Assembly: GCA_964483175.1 (NCBI GenBank)
Contig: CAZAAT010000001.1
Coordinates: forward strand, 73,292-129,305
DNA from: an uncultured Bacilli bacterium
GTDB lineage: Bacteria; Bacillota; UBA5301
Direction: 5' to 3'
DNA length: 56,014 bases
In this document: positions 41,547 through 50,222 of the stretch, piece by piece
Position numbering within the stretch: the first letter of the stretch is position 1
Layout of the letters: every line of letters begins with the position of its first letter
The notes under the pieces: model-generated
Databases searched by the model: none
The model's input: the letters and a program-made list of their open reading frames with translations, nothing else
Told to the model about the DNA's origin: nothing
Made by a program: the position numbers and the translations under genes

Positions 41547-42521
41547 TTGCAGGTCTTTCTTGGTGTCGATGTGGGATCGGTTAGTACAAATTTTGCTCTT
41601 GTTTCTGCTGAGGGTAGATTGCTCGAGTCTTTATACATCCGAACTAAAGGCAACCCCATTCAAGCAGTTAAGGAGGGATTAGCACGGCTCCGCGACTTGA
41701 TTCCGGCGAACGTTACGGTTGTGGGGGCGGGAGCCACGGGAAGCGCCCGCTACCTTACCGGGGTGTTAATTGGTGCTGATGCGGTCAAAAATGAAATTAC
41801 CGCCCATGCTGTAGGCGCCTTGCAGGTCAATCCGGAGGTGCGGACCGTTTTAGAGATTGGCGGTCAGGATTCGAAGATCATCATTATTCGGAACGGGATA
41901 GTAGTTGATTTTGCGATGAATACAGTGTGCGCAGCGGGAACAGGCTCTTTTCTAGATCACCAAGCGGAAAGGTTAAATATTCCGATTGAACGCTTTGGCG
42001 ATCTGGCCTTACAGGCTAGCACCCCGGTACGAATAGCCGGAAGGTGTGGGGTTTTTGCCGAATCGGATATGATTCACAAACAACAAACGGGGCACCGTTT
42101 AGAGGATATCATCGCCGGACTATGTCAAGCCTTGGTTCGTAATTACCTTAGCAATGTAGCTAAAGGCAAGGAGATCGCTGCTCCGATCATTTTTCAAGGG
42201 GGTGTTGCTGCTAACAAAGGAATAAAAGCGGCTTTTGAAGCCGCCCTTAGCCAGCAGGTACAAGTATCACCGCACCACGGTGTTACGGGGGCGATTGGCG
42301 CTGCCTTGCTGGGTAAAGCTGCGGTTGAAAAAAGCGGAAAGACCAGTTTCAAAGGGTTTGAAGCAGCTGAATTAAACTATCATGCCCAAAGTTTTGAATG
42401 CAGCGGTTGTCCGAATCGGTGTGAAGTCGTCCAGATCTGTGTAGACAAAACAGTATTGGCCAGGTGGGGAGATCGCTGCGGCAAGTGGGCGCAGGGAGTT
42501 GGATCGGGCACTGTTGCTTAA
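41547..42521 (+). CDS. BadF/BadG/BcrA/BcrD-type ATPase (HgdC-like activase of 2-hydroxyacyl-CoA dehydratase type enzymes), stand-alone
   Basis: It contains LGVDVGSVSTNFAL, EIGGQDSK, the cluster-ligand contexts NTVCAAGTGSFLD and AGRCGVFAESD, and FQGGVAAN. An additional C-terminal motif reads CSGCPNRC...C...C. The start is TTG at 41547. Confidence 0.75.
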   Translation: MQVFLGVDVGSVSTNFALVSAEGRLLESLYIRTKGNPIQAVKEGLARLRDLIPANVTVVGAGATGSARYLTGVLIGADAVKNEITAHAVGALQVNPEVRTVLEIGGQDSKIIIIRNGIVVDFAMNTVCAAGTGSFLDHQAERLNIPIERFGDLALQASTPVRIAGRCGVFAESDMIHKQQTGHRLEDIIAGLCQALVRNYLSNVAKGKEIAAPIIFQGGVAANKGIKAAFEAALSQQVQVSPHHGVTGAIGAALLGKAAVEKSGKTSFKGFEAAELNYHAQSFECSGCPNRCEVVQICVDKTVLARWGDRCGKWAQGVGSGTVA

Positions 42522-42623
42522 ACAATCGTTTGCGGTAAACTAGCAAATAGAAACAGGATTTAGGGGATCAGCCTAGAATAGAGATATGGTCTACTACCTA
42601 CCTTTCAAGGAGGCCCCTATTAA

Positions 42624-43565
42624 ATGCAAGCACCACTGAATATCTTTGCCGGCACGTCTATCCCCGATTTAGCTGCTGAGGTAGCTGAATTACTTGGTCA
42701 AGAGCTTGGTAAGGTTAACATCAAACGCTTTGCCAACGGTGAAATTTATGTCAGATTTCATGAGACCGTCCGCGGCAATGATGTTTTTTTAATGCAGTCA
42801 ATCTGCTCACCTGTTAATGACAACCTTGTTGAGCTACTGATAATGGTAGATGCGCTGAAGCGAGCATCAGCAGGTCGGATTAATGCGATCATTCCCCATT
42901 ACGGTTACTCGCGCCAAGAGCGCAAAGAGGCCCCGCGCGAACCAATTTCCGCTCGGATGGTAGCCGATGTTCTCACCGCCGTCGGGGTGGATCGTGTGAT
43001 TACCTTCGACCTTCACGCACCGGCCATTCAGGGATTCTTTAATATTCCGGTGGACCACCTGACGGTGTTGCCATTATTGGCGGAGTATTATCGGAAAAAG
43101 AACCTGGAAAATGCTTGCGTCGTGGCTCTTGATGCCGGCGGGATCAAGCGAGCTGAAAAGCTTGCCAAGAGGCTGGATTTGCCCTTGGTAGGCATGTACA
43201 AGCGCCATCCGGAGCATAACGTCTCTGAGGTTACCCATGTCATGGGCGACATTGAAGGCAAAGTTCCATTGATTATTGAGGATATGATCGATACCGGCGG
43301 GACTTTGCTCGAAGGGGTAAAGGCGCTTTTGGCGCATGGTGCACGGCCGGAGATTCACGTCTGCGCAACACATCCGGTCTTTTCAGGGCCGATCTTGGAA
43401 CGCTTAGCGCACCCGGCTATTAAAGAGGTTTTGGTTACCAATACTATTCCACTAGGACCGGATAAACAGCTTGATAAGATCAAGACGCTCTCCATTGCGC
43501 CCCTGACGGCCTCAGCTATCACTAGGGTACATGAAGAGTCATCGGTCAGTTCGCTATTTAATTAA
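42624..43565 (+). CDS. prs: Ribose-phosphate pyrophosphokinase
   Basis: It contains KRFANGEIYVRF.E.VRG.DVF..QS, YYGYSRQERK, and the PRPP loop IIEDMIDTGGTL. Confidence 0.93.
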   Translation: MQAPLNIFAGTSIPDLAAEVAELLGQELGKVNIKRFANGEIYVRFHETVRGNDVFLMQSICSPVNDNLVELLIMVDALKRASAGRINAIIPHYGYSRQERKEAPREPISARMVADVLTAVGVDRVITFDLHAPAIQGFFNIPVDHLTVLPLLAEYYRKKNLENACVVALDAGGIKRAEKLAKRLDLPLVGMYKRHPEHNVSEVTHVMGDIEGKVPLIIEDMIDTGGTLLEGVKALLAHGARPEIHVCATHPVFSGPILERLAHPAIKEVLVTNTIPLGPDKQLDKIKTLSIAPLTASAITRVHEESSVSSLFN

Positions 43566-43589
43566 GCATACGGTTATTTTGCAAGTAAT

Positions 43590-43620
43590 GGGGCCCCGAG
43601 ATGGGGCCCTTCGTTTTTCT
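43590..43620 (+). terminator. Rho-independent terminator after prs
   Basis: GGGGCCCC-gagat-GGGGCCC is followed by TTCGTTTTTCT. Confidence 0.75.
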
Positions 43621-43676
43621 GGAGGAATAGGGGTTATGCTCACGAATAAACTAGTAGGGATAAGGGGTGTCCCGCG

Positions 43677-43988
43677 ATGAGTAAGCCGAAAAAGTATCAA
43701 TTGATTTTTCGTTGGATTGGTTGGGGGGCCACTGCTGCCAGTACAATTTGGGGCGGGCTTTTTTATCTCCGTTTTAACAACCCGATTGTAGATGCATTTC
43801 ACGATATTTCTGCTCAGGTTGCGGCGTTACAAGCAGAAGCCGTATCTTGGCAAATCGCTGGTTTTCTGTTAATTTCAAGTGCCATAATATCACTGGGGAT
43901 CGGTTATCTTGGCCGGGGAGCCACGGAGGCGCCGCAAGGTGAAGATGCACCTGAAACTACAAAGAAAAATATGGTCGAGGGAACCTGA
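43677..43988 (+). CDS. Small membrane protein, unknown function
   Basis: 103 aa with two predicted hydrophobic helices (WIGWGATAASTIWGGLFYL and IAGFLLISSAIISLGIGYL). It abuts the downstream PHP gene. Confidence 0.4.
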   Translation: MSKPKKYQLIFRWIGWGATAASTIWGGLFYLRFNNPIVDAFHDISAQVAALQAEAVSWQIAGFLLISSAIISLGIGYLGRGATEAPQGEDAPETTKKNMVEGT

Positions 43989-44816
43989 TTGATTGACTTA
44001 CACGTTCACTCCACCGCATCCGATGGCCTTGATACGCCAGAGCTCGTGGTGGCCAAAGCGGTACAGGCAGGAATTACGGTATTGAGCCTAACAGATCACG
44101 ATACTGTTGCCGGCTTGGCTGCAGCAGCCCGAGCGGCTGCTACTTTTCCGTTGACCTTTATTCCTGGCATTGAAATCACCACCGATTATTTAGAAACAGA
44201 GGTTCATTTATTAGGTTATTTTATTGACTACACACATCCGGGGCTAATCCAGGGTTGTGCAGATATTCATTATCATCGCCGCGAACGGGCTAAAGAGATC
44301 CTAGCTCAACTACGCGGCTTTGGTTATGAACTAGAGTGGACGGATTTTCCGGAGGCTGCTGATCCTGACGGTTTTATCGGCCGAAGTCATATTATGGATA
44401 AATTAATCGAAAAAGGCCTTGTCGCACCGCATAACCGGGATCTGTTTTTCGATGCTTATTTATCTAAGACCGGCAAAGCTTATGTACCTCATTACTATAT
44501 TACACCTAGGCGCGGTATTGAGTTGATCATTGAGGCTGGGGGAGTAGCGGTGCTGGCACATCCAGGCCGAATGATCGGGGATTGGGACTTACGGGAGCTT
44601 GTAAAGTACGGGTTAGGCGGTATTGAGGTCTGGTATCCCGCCCATTCGGCTGCAGAAGTCTCCCGCTATTTTGAGTTAGGGCGCAAATATGGTTTGATTC
44701 CGACAGGTGGAACGGATTACCATGGCCGTGGCGCACAAGTGCTGGGCATGGAGGGAATTCCGGAGCAAACCATATTATCGCTGAGAGAGGCGTGCAAGGG
44801 GGGAGAAAATGACTAA
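43989..44816 (+). CDS. PHP-domain metal-dependent phosphoesterase (TrpH/YciV-like)
   Basis: It contains MIDLHVHSTASDG, LTDHDT and LAHPGR, and GGTDYHG near the C-terminus. Confidence 0.8.
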   Translation: MIDLHVHSTASDGLDTPELVVAKAVQAGITVLSLTDHDTVAGLAAAARAAATFPLTFIPGIEITTDYLETEVHLLGYFIDYTHPGLIQGCADIHYHRRERAKEILAQLRGFGYELEWTDFPEAADPDGFIGRSHIMDKLIEKGLVAPHNRDLFFDAYLSKTGKAYVPHYYITPRRGIELIIEAGGVAVLAHPGRMIGDWDLRELVKYGLGGIEVWYPAHSAAEVSRYFELGRKYGLIPTGGTDYHGRGAQVLGMEGIPEQTILSLREACKGGEND

Positions 44817-45228
44817 ACGGTTATACCGATCGCGCAAGGATGTCATGATTGGCGGGGTGTCGGCTGGGATGGCCAATTATTTCGGGGTGGATGTCTCGAT
44901 TGTGCGGTTATTATGGGTTTTTGCCGGTTTAATGGGTCCGGGGGTGGTAGCTTATTTGCTTGCCTGGGTGGTTATTCCACAAGAACCGACGATTTCCGAT
45001 TATATAGACACCGAACGGGTTGGTGACACCTGGCAGACGGTGGAGGCTGGGGATGCTTCTCTGGCTCCAGCAGATAGACAGCGCACGGTGGCGATAGTTC
45101 TAATTGGCGTCGGACTTGCTCTCTTGGCACGCCGGATAATTCCCAACTTCATCTTTGCTTGGGCTTGGCCGCTGGCCTTAATTGCTTTCGGCGTATACAT
45201 CTTTTATCAGAACAAACACGGGGAATAG
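44809..45228 (+). CDS. PspC-domain membrane protein
   Basis: KRLYRSRKDVMIGGVSAGMANYFGVDVSIVRLLWV is the PspC signature. TM helices follow. Confidence 0.75.
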   Translation: MTKRLYRSRKDVMIGGVSAGMANYFGVDVSIVRLLWVFAGLMGPGVVAYLLAWVVIPQEPTISDYIDTERVGDTWQTVEAGDASLAPADRQRTVAIVLIGVGLALLARRIIPNFIFAWAWPLALIAFGVYIFYQNKHGE

Positions 45229-45365
45229 GCTGATAGGGCTCCCTTATTTTACAATTCTGACAGGCGCTTCACTTTAAAGGAGTTGAGTCTGGGCCAACAG
45301 AAGTAGCTGGTGAGGCGATCTTCTTGTATTAAGGGGGAGTTAATCTGAAGCAGGTTTCCAGATTA

Positions 45366-46316
45366 TTGCTTGCTTTGATGCTAGTAGTAGTGATCGGCAG
45401 CGGGGTAGTCGGTGCTAATGACTTTAAGGTTGCCGTTGTTACAGATGTTAGCGGTTTGGGCGATCAATCCTTTAACGATGCTGCTTATCGCGGTCTGCTC
45501 CGTGCCCAGGAAAAACTTGGGATTAGGCCGCTGGTGGTTGAGTCTAAACAAATGGATGAGTATGAATCCAACCTACGGATGCTCGCTGATCAGGGTTATG
45601 ACCTAATCTTCGGTATTGGCTTTCTGCTTGCTGATGCTATTAACCGGGTAGCTCAAGAGTATCCGGAGACCTACTTTGGCCTGATCAACGAAGTTGTTAA
45701 ACAGCCGAACGTGATCTCAATAACATTTAAGGAGCATGAAGGCTCATTCCTACAAGGTGTCATTGCCGGGATGATGACCAAATCTGATGTAGTGGGTTAC
45801 GTCGGCGGGATGGAGACCCCGATTATCATTAAATATGAGGTGGGCTTTCGGGCCGGCGTAAAAGCGGTTAACCCTGCTGCAAAAGTCTTGGTCGGATACA
45901 CCGGTAAATTTGATGACCCGGATAAAGGTAAGGAGAAGGCTTTAACTCAGATTGCTAATGGTGCTGATGTGCTCTACCATGCCGCGGGAGCCTGTGGTCT
46001 TGGTGTAATCGCGGCCGCCAGGGAGCAGGGTGTTCTGGCGATCGGTGTCGACTCTGATCAGAGTAGTTTGGCTCCGAACACTGTCATTAGCAGTATGGTT
46101 AAAATGGTCGACGTGGGTGTTTTCTTTGGTGTTAAAAGCTTGGTAGAAGGGAATCTCCAGGCTGGCCTCATGGAACTGGGAATTAAGGAGAATGGTGTGG
46201 GAACGGTTTGGTCTTCGGTAAAGATCCCAGCTACAGTAATGGCCAGAGTTAATGAGTATACAACCAAGATCGCATCGGGACAATACAAAGTGCCTACAAC
46301 CCGACTAGAACTCTAG
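45366..46316 (+). CDS. BMP-family (Med/PnrA-like) substrate-binding protein. The start is uncertain and may lie upstream at 45346.
   Basis: It contains KVAVVTDVSGLGDQSFNDAAYRGL, GYDLIFGIGF and VGYVGGME. An N-terminal hydrophobic signal or anchor has no lipobox Cys. The RBS GGGGGAG at about 45334..45340 fits a non-canonical CTG at 45346 better than the ORF-track TTG. Confidence 0.7.
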   Translation: MLALMLVVVIGSGVVGANDFKVAVVTDVSGLGDQSFNDAAYRGLLRAQEKLGIRPLVVESKQMDEYESNLRMLADQGYDLIFGIGFLLADAINRVAQEYPETYFGLINEVVKQPNVISITFKEHEGSFLQGVIAGMMTKSDVVGYVGGMETPIIIKYEVGFRAGVKAVNPAAKVLVGYTGKFDDPDKGKEKALTQIANGADVLYHAAGACGLGVIAAAREQGVLAIGVDSDQSSLAPNTVISSMVKMVDVGVFFGVKSLVEGNLQAGLMELGIKENGVGTVWSSVKIPATVMARVNEYTTKIASGQYKVPTTRLEL

Positions 46317-46346
46317 TTATTAGGCATCAACAAAGTAATCAAACGG

Positions 46347-46386
46347 GGGTCAGGTATTTCGCGAAAACCTGACCCTAATCTTATTG
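46347..46386 (+). terminator. Rho-independent terminator after the BMP-family gene
   Basis: GGGTCAGGT-atttcgcgaaa-ACCTGACCC is followed by TAATCTTATT. Confidence 0.65.
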
Positions 46387-46678
46387 TGCAGCCGGTTGCA
46401 GAGTGGTTATTGACTGAGGTTAACGGCAGGGAAAGCGCTTCTACTGCAGAAGATACTAGGAAGAAAGAATTAAAGTTGGTCTAAGAAATCGCCACGCTAA
46501 TCCAAGAATGCGTACGGGAAACAGATGTTGTTGCCCGTTAGTTCACACCGTTGTGAGCAGCTATTACTTGCTGACTGCACATCACTCTGAGTATTGGCAT
46601 AGCAACCTATCCCGACGAGGAAATAGATACGGCGCGCGCCAAAATCAAATTTATTATTGAGTGAGTTAGGATGGAAGT

Positions 46679-47455
46679 TTGATGTCATTACGGTTTTCCC
46701 TTAAATATTCGGGACATAACCGCTCTGGTCTTGTGGTCTACCCGGAGCTCTTATTCCTTTACTACCCGCATCTCGGTAAGAATGGGGTTGTATTGTGGCT
46801 GTTTTTGGCCATGCAAGCTAAAGAGCACATGGATACCGATACTGCTACGGTGGGTTGTCAGGCCGGTCTTTCCTTGGCACAGTTTGACGAAGCCTTGGCG
46901 CGTCTGTTGCAGTTTGGGTTGATTTCCATCGAATCCGCTGAGGATGGGGGTCAAGTCATCTTGGTACACGACCCTCTCCCGGAGCCGGAGTTTAAGGCGA
47001 TCTTCGGTGCTGATGAACCGGCCGCTACAGCGGAGTGCGAGCCGCCAGCGGAAAAACAGACTTCGCCGGCTCCACCGCAACCTCAAACGGTTGATCCCTT
47101 CGGCGACTTATTACGGTATTACGAGGAGAGAACCGGTTGGATCACGCCAAAAATTTCTGAGGATTTGGCCAGGTGGGTTGATGATGGGCTTGAGCCGGCA
47201 GTAATTAAGGAGGCAATTAGCGAAATGATGCAAAAAGCTGATAGCCCGCGCTTTGCGTACCTTAATGCAATCTTGGTCTCCTGGCACAAGAATGGCTGGT
47301 TCTCTTTAGAAGATCTGGAAAAGGCCAGAGCCAAGGATAAGAAAGAGTCGTTCCAAGGGGTCCCTAATGCTGCGGCTTACCGGGAGCCAGATTCTGAAGA
47401 TATAGAGCGGATCCGCCGTTGGAAGGAGTTATTCCCAGATGAGTATGATGCCTAA
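46679..47455 (+). CDS. DnaD-domain (DnaB_2) replication initiation / helicase-loading accessory protein
   Basis: The N-terminus is wHTH-like. The C-terminus ...YYEERTGWITPKISEDLARWVDDGLEPAVIKEAISEM......FAYLNAILVSWHKNG is the DnaD-domain signature. The likely ATG is at 46682. It overlaps dnaB by 17 nt. Confidence 0.7.
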   Translation: MMSLRFSLKYSGHNRSGLVVYPELLFLYYPHLGKNGVVLWLFLAMQAKEHMDTDTATVGCQAGLSLAQFDEALARLLQFGLISIESAEDGGQVILVHDPLPEPEFKAIFGADEPAATAECEPPAEKQTSPAPPQPQTVDPFGDLLRYYEERTGWITPKISEDLARWVDDGLEPAVIKEAISEMMQKADSPRFAYLNAILVSWHKNGWFSLEDLEKARAKDKKESFQGVPNAAAYREPDSEDIERIRRWKELFPDEYDA

Positions 47456-48839
47456 TCCTGCCTTAGACCTAAGTTTCCAGTATCCCAGCGATATTCCGGC
47501 TGAGCGGCGTATTTTAGGGATTCTGGTTAAATTTCCTCATTTAATTGACGAGGTCATCGATTCCCTCAAACCAGATTATTTTTTTGATCGGGAGAATCGC
47601 CTGGTTTACCAGGTGATTTTAGAAATATATCAAGAGCGTGGCACGGTTTCGTATACTCAGATTTATAACCGCTTGCGCAAAGAGCCTGAGATTGTTGCTG
47701 CCGATCAGGTTCTAATAAAGCTAACCGAGTCGTTTGTCAGCAAAACGGAGCTCGAGCCGAGTATCGAAATGCTGCAGGTGGCCTACGGACGACGGAAATT
47801 ACTCGCTGCGGTCGAAGAAATCGAAAAACTGATCGCGCATGACGACGGAGATCTGTCCAGGCTGCGCGAGCGAGCTCAGGAGCTGATTTTTGCAGCTACC
47901 ACCGATCAAAGCGGCGGCCAGGACGAAATCTATGATTTAAAAGCGATCCTAAGCCAGTGTTATACAAATTTGCTCAATCGGTCGGAAGGCAGCCAACCCT
48001 TTGGCCTCTTGGTTCGATATCCGTCCATTGATAGTTTGACCACCGGTTTTAAAAAGAAAGACCTGATCATTTTGGCCGGCCGGCCGAGTATGGGCAAGAC
48101 CGCGTTGGCGCTCAATTTTGCGGTCAATATTGCTAAACGGGAGATTCCCGTACTCATTTTTAGCTTGGAAATGGATAGTGAGCAGATCGGCGACCGAATT
48201 GTCATCGGAGAGCTCTTTGGCTTGCGTGATCGGGAAGGAGACCCGATTATTACTAGCTATGAGTATAATACGAAGCTTACTGATGAAGGGAAGGTCAGCC
48301 AAGCGTTAAATGTCTTTAACTCCCTAAATGACTTACCCCTGTTGGTGGTCGATAAGCGCGGTCTTACCACCGTTGAAATTCGGGCCAAGGCGAGAAAGGT
48401 CAAAAGCCAATATCCGGAGTTGGGGTTAATCATTATCGACTATTTACAATTGATCAAACCACCAGCAGATAACAATCGCAACTGGGCTTTGGTCGTAGGT
48501 GATGCAGTTCGCGAGCTGCGTGATCTGGCTGGAGAACTCGGGGTCCCGATCATTTTACTTTCACAGCTCAACAGGGGTGTAGAAGCGCGGGATAATAAGC
48601 GGCCGGTAATGAGCGACCTGCGGGATAGTGGAAATATCGAAGAGTTCGCCGATTTGGTGATGTTTGTCTATCGTGATGAATATTATTATCCCGATCAAGC
48701 CGAAGCCAGGGGCACCAAAGGAGTTGCCGAGGTGATCATCGGCAAGAATAGAAAGGGCCAAACTGGTAAGGCGATCCTTCAGTTCATTCCGGAGTTCGCA
48801 AAGTTCGTAGATATTACCGATCGTGAGCCTGATCACTAA
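47439..48839 (+). CDS. dnaB: Replicative DNA helicase (DnaB family; DnaC in Bacillus nomenclature)
   Basis: 466 aa. It contains the N-terminal domain AERRILG, Walker A GRPSMGKTALALNFA, Walker B IIIDYLQL, SQLNRGVE and RDSGNIEEFADLV. Confidence 0.92.
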   Translation: MSMMPNPALDLSFQYPSDIPAERRILGILVKFPHLIDEVIDSLKPDYFFDRENRLVYQVILEIYQERGTVSYTQIYNRLRKEPEIVAADQVLIKLTESFVSKTELEPSIEMLQVAYGRRKLLAAVEEIEKLIAHDDGDLSRLRERAQELIFAATTDQSGGQDEIYDLKAILSQCYTNLLNRSEGSQPFGLLVRYPSIDSLTTGFKKKDLIILAGRPSMGKTALALNFAVNIAKREIPVLIFSLEMDSEQIGDRIVIGELFGLRDREGDPIITSYEYNTKLTDEGKVSQALNVFNSLNDLPLLVVDKRGLTTVEIRAKARKVKSQYPELGLIIIDYLQLIKPPADNNRNWALVVGDAVRELRDLAGELGVPIILLSQLNRGVEARDNKRPVMSDLRDSGNIEEFADLVMFVYRDEYYYPDQAEARGTKGVAEVIIGKNRKGQTGKAILQFIPEFAKFVDITDREPDH

Positions 48840-48852
48840 GAGGAAGAGATAA

Positions 48853-49059
48853 ATGGTCGATTTGTACCAAGATTTTGCTAGAGCCAAGATTCTGTTAATC
48901 AGTTCATACGAGGAGCTTCTCAAGGCGAATATAATTAGTGAAGATCAGTTTGAAGCCATCTTGGAGTTATTAGATAAAATTGATAGGACGCCGAAATCAG
49001 AAATAATAGAACGCTTGCAGGATATATTTGATTGCGGGCGAGGTGAGAAAAATGAATGA
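48853..49059 (+). CDS. Small acidic helical protein, unknown function
   Basis: 68 aa with the RBS AGAGGAAGAG upstream. It overlaps the next small ORF in the sequence ATGAATGA. Confidence 0.4.
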   Translation: MVDLYQDFARAKILLISSYEELLKANIISEDQFEAILELLDKIDRTPKSEIIERLQDIFDCGRGEKNE

Positions 49060-49243
49060 AAAACATGAATTGGAGCGCTTATTGGCGGGCAAGGTTATCA
49101 AGCAGGCTGATCTAAGCAATGGTACCGTTAAATTAATCTTCTCAGACGGAACTCGATTTGAACGAGAGAAGACCTTCGAGGGGATGATCCACGCTACGCT
49201 GTATGATTCAACCGGCGAGCTCATCTTAAGCACTCGGATCTGA
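49052..49243 (+). CDS. Small protein, unknown function
   Basis: 63 aa from ATG 49052 (MNEKHELERLL...). GAGGTGAGAAAA lies upstream. Translational coupling to the preceding ORF is likely. Confidence 0.4.
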   Translation: MNEKHELERLLAGKVIKQADLSNGTVKLIFSDGTRFEREKTFEGMIHATLYDSTGELILSTRI

Positions 49244-49310
49244 ATTCGGCCGTTAATAATTGGATAGACTACCACCACTTAGATCATTAGTTAATCTGAG
49301 GTGAAAACGG

Positions 49311-50204
49311 ATGATTGACCAGGATAAGGTGGTGGCTAAACCAATATCACCGATTCTTGTGGCCTTTGTCGGATTATGCTTAGGCATCACACTATCTCTT
49401 AGCTACTATTCTGCAAGTACCCGAACTGTTACCGTTAGCATCGATGGGGTGGGTTTTGATCATCTGACCAGAGTTCGAACGGTGGCACGGGTTCTCGTCG
49501 AGTTGGGTATTCCTCTCGATCGTTTTTCCCTGATTTCTCCGAATTTGCATAGCGATCTATCTACGAATATGAAAATTGAGCTAGCCTCAGAAGAGGAGAT
49601 ATCTGCTACCCCTGTCTTAACTCCTCCCTTGCCGAATTTGACTGCAGATTACATCACCGAGCAGATTCCGATACCGTTTGGAGTTACGAAAAAGCCTGAT
49701 AGCTCGCTTGATAAGGGAACGGAGAAAATAGTCACAAAGGGTAGGGAGGGTTTGATCGAGCGAACACGGAAAATAGTTAAAAGAGACGGCGAATTGGTAG
49801 CCGATGTTCTGATATTTGAGCAGGTGCTGGCCGAGCCGGTTGACCAAGTGGTTTTGGTCGGGCAAAGAGAACCGATTAAGATGGTTGCCACTGAAACCGG
49901 CACCTACCGATATCGAGAGGTTAAAGATATGCTGGCAACCGCCTACTATCCGGGGCCGGAATGTACTTATCCTTATGATGATGGGTTTACCGCGATCGGT
50001 CTTGAAGCAGGTTACGGCATCATTGCGGTTGATCCAAAGGTCATTCCTCTCCGTTCCCGGGTCTATATACCGGGATATGGTGTAGCGTTAGCCGGCGATG
50101 TCGGAGGGACAATCAAGGGTGACAGGGTTGATTTGTGCTACGAAACCCTGGAGGAGGCTATTGAGTTTGGCCGTCAATGGGTCAAAGTTTACATTCTTGA
50201 ATAA
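49311..50204 (+). CDS. yabE: YabE-like cell-wall protein (TM anchor, DUF348, G5, 3D domain)
   Basis: The G5-like segment is ...KGTEKIVTKGREGLIERTRKIV. The C-terminal 3D domain is ATAYYPG...GIIAVDPKVIPLRSRVYIPGYG...AGDVGG.IKGDRVDL. It lies next to rsmA, as in Bacillus. Confidence 0.75.
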   Translation: MIDQDKVVAKPISPILVAFVGLCLGITLSLSYYSASTRTVTVSIDGVGFDHLTRVRTVARVLVELGIPLDRFSLISPNLHSDLSTNMKIELASEEEISATPVLTPPLPNLTADYITEQIPIPFGVTKKPDSSLDKGTEKIVTKGREGLIERTRKIVKRDGELVADVLIFEQVLAEPVDQVVLVGQREPIKMVATETGTYRYREVKDMLATAYYPGPECTYPYDDGFTAIGLEAGYGIIAVDPKVIPLRSRVYIPGYGVALAGDVGGTIKGDRVDLCYETLEEAIEFGRQWVKVYILE

Positions 50205-50222
50205 ACAACAGGGACAGGCAAA

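Noticed and set aside
45346-46316. An orphan BMP-family binding protein with no adjacent ABC permease or ATPase genes, possibly a Med-like regulator
   Set aside because: Stand-alone BMP/Med-type proteins are common in Firmicutes. Only the start codon is uncertain, so it is not interesting enough to be a finding.
46387-46688. A ~290-nt spacer upstream of the DnaD-like gene with several short hairpins (ACGGG...CCCGT, TCACAccgtTGTGA) and a 63-aa minus-strand ORF (46497..46688). I considered an ncRNA or riboswitch.
   Set aside because: I recognise no known riboswitch or T-box core, no DnaA boxes and no convincing promoter-terminator pair. The ORF has no RBS and overlaps the DnaD-gene start. It is left unassigned; an Rfam scan and RNA-seq would be needed.
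46679-49243. The DnaD-like gene, dnaB and the small ORFs as a prophage or integrative-element remnant
   Set aside because: There are no integrase, recombinase, repressor, structural or terminase genes and no flanking direct repeats. Neighbouring genes are core housekeeping. I kept this only as a question inside a finding.
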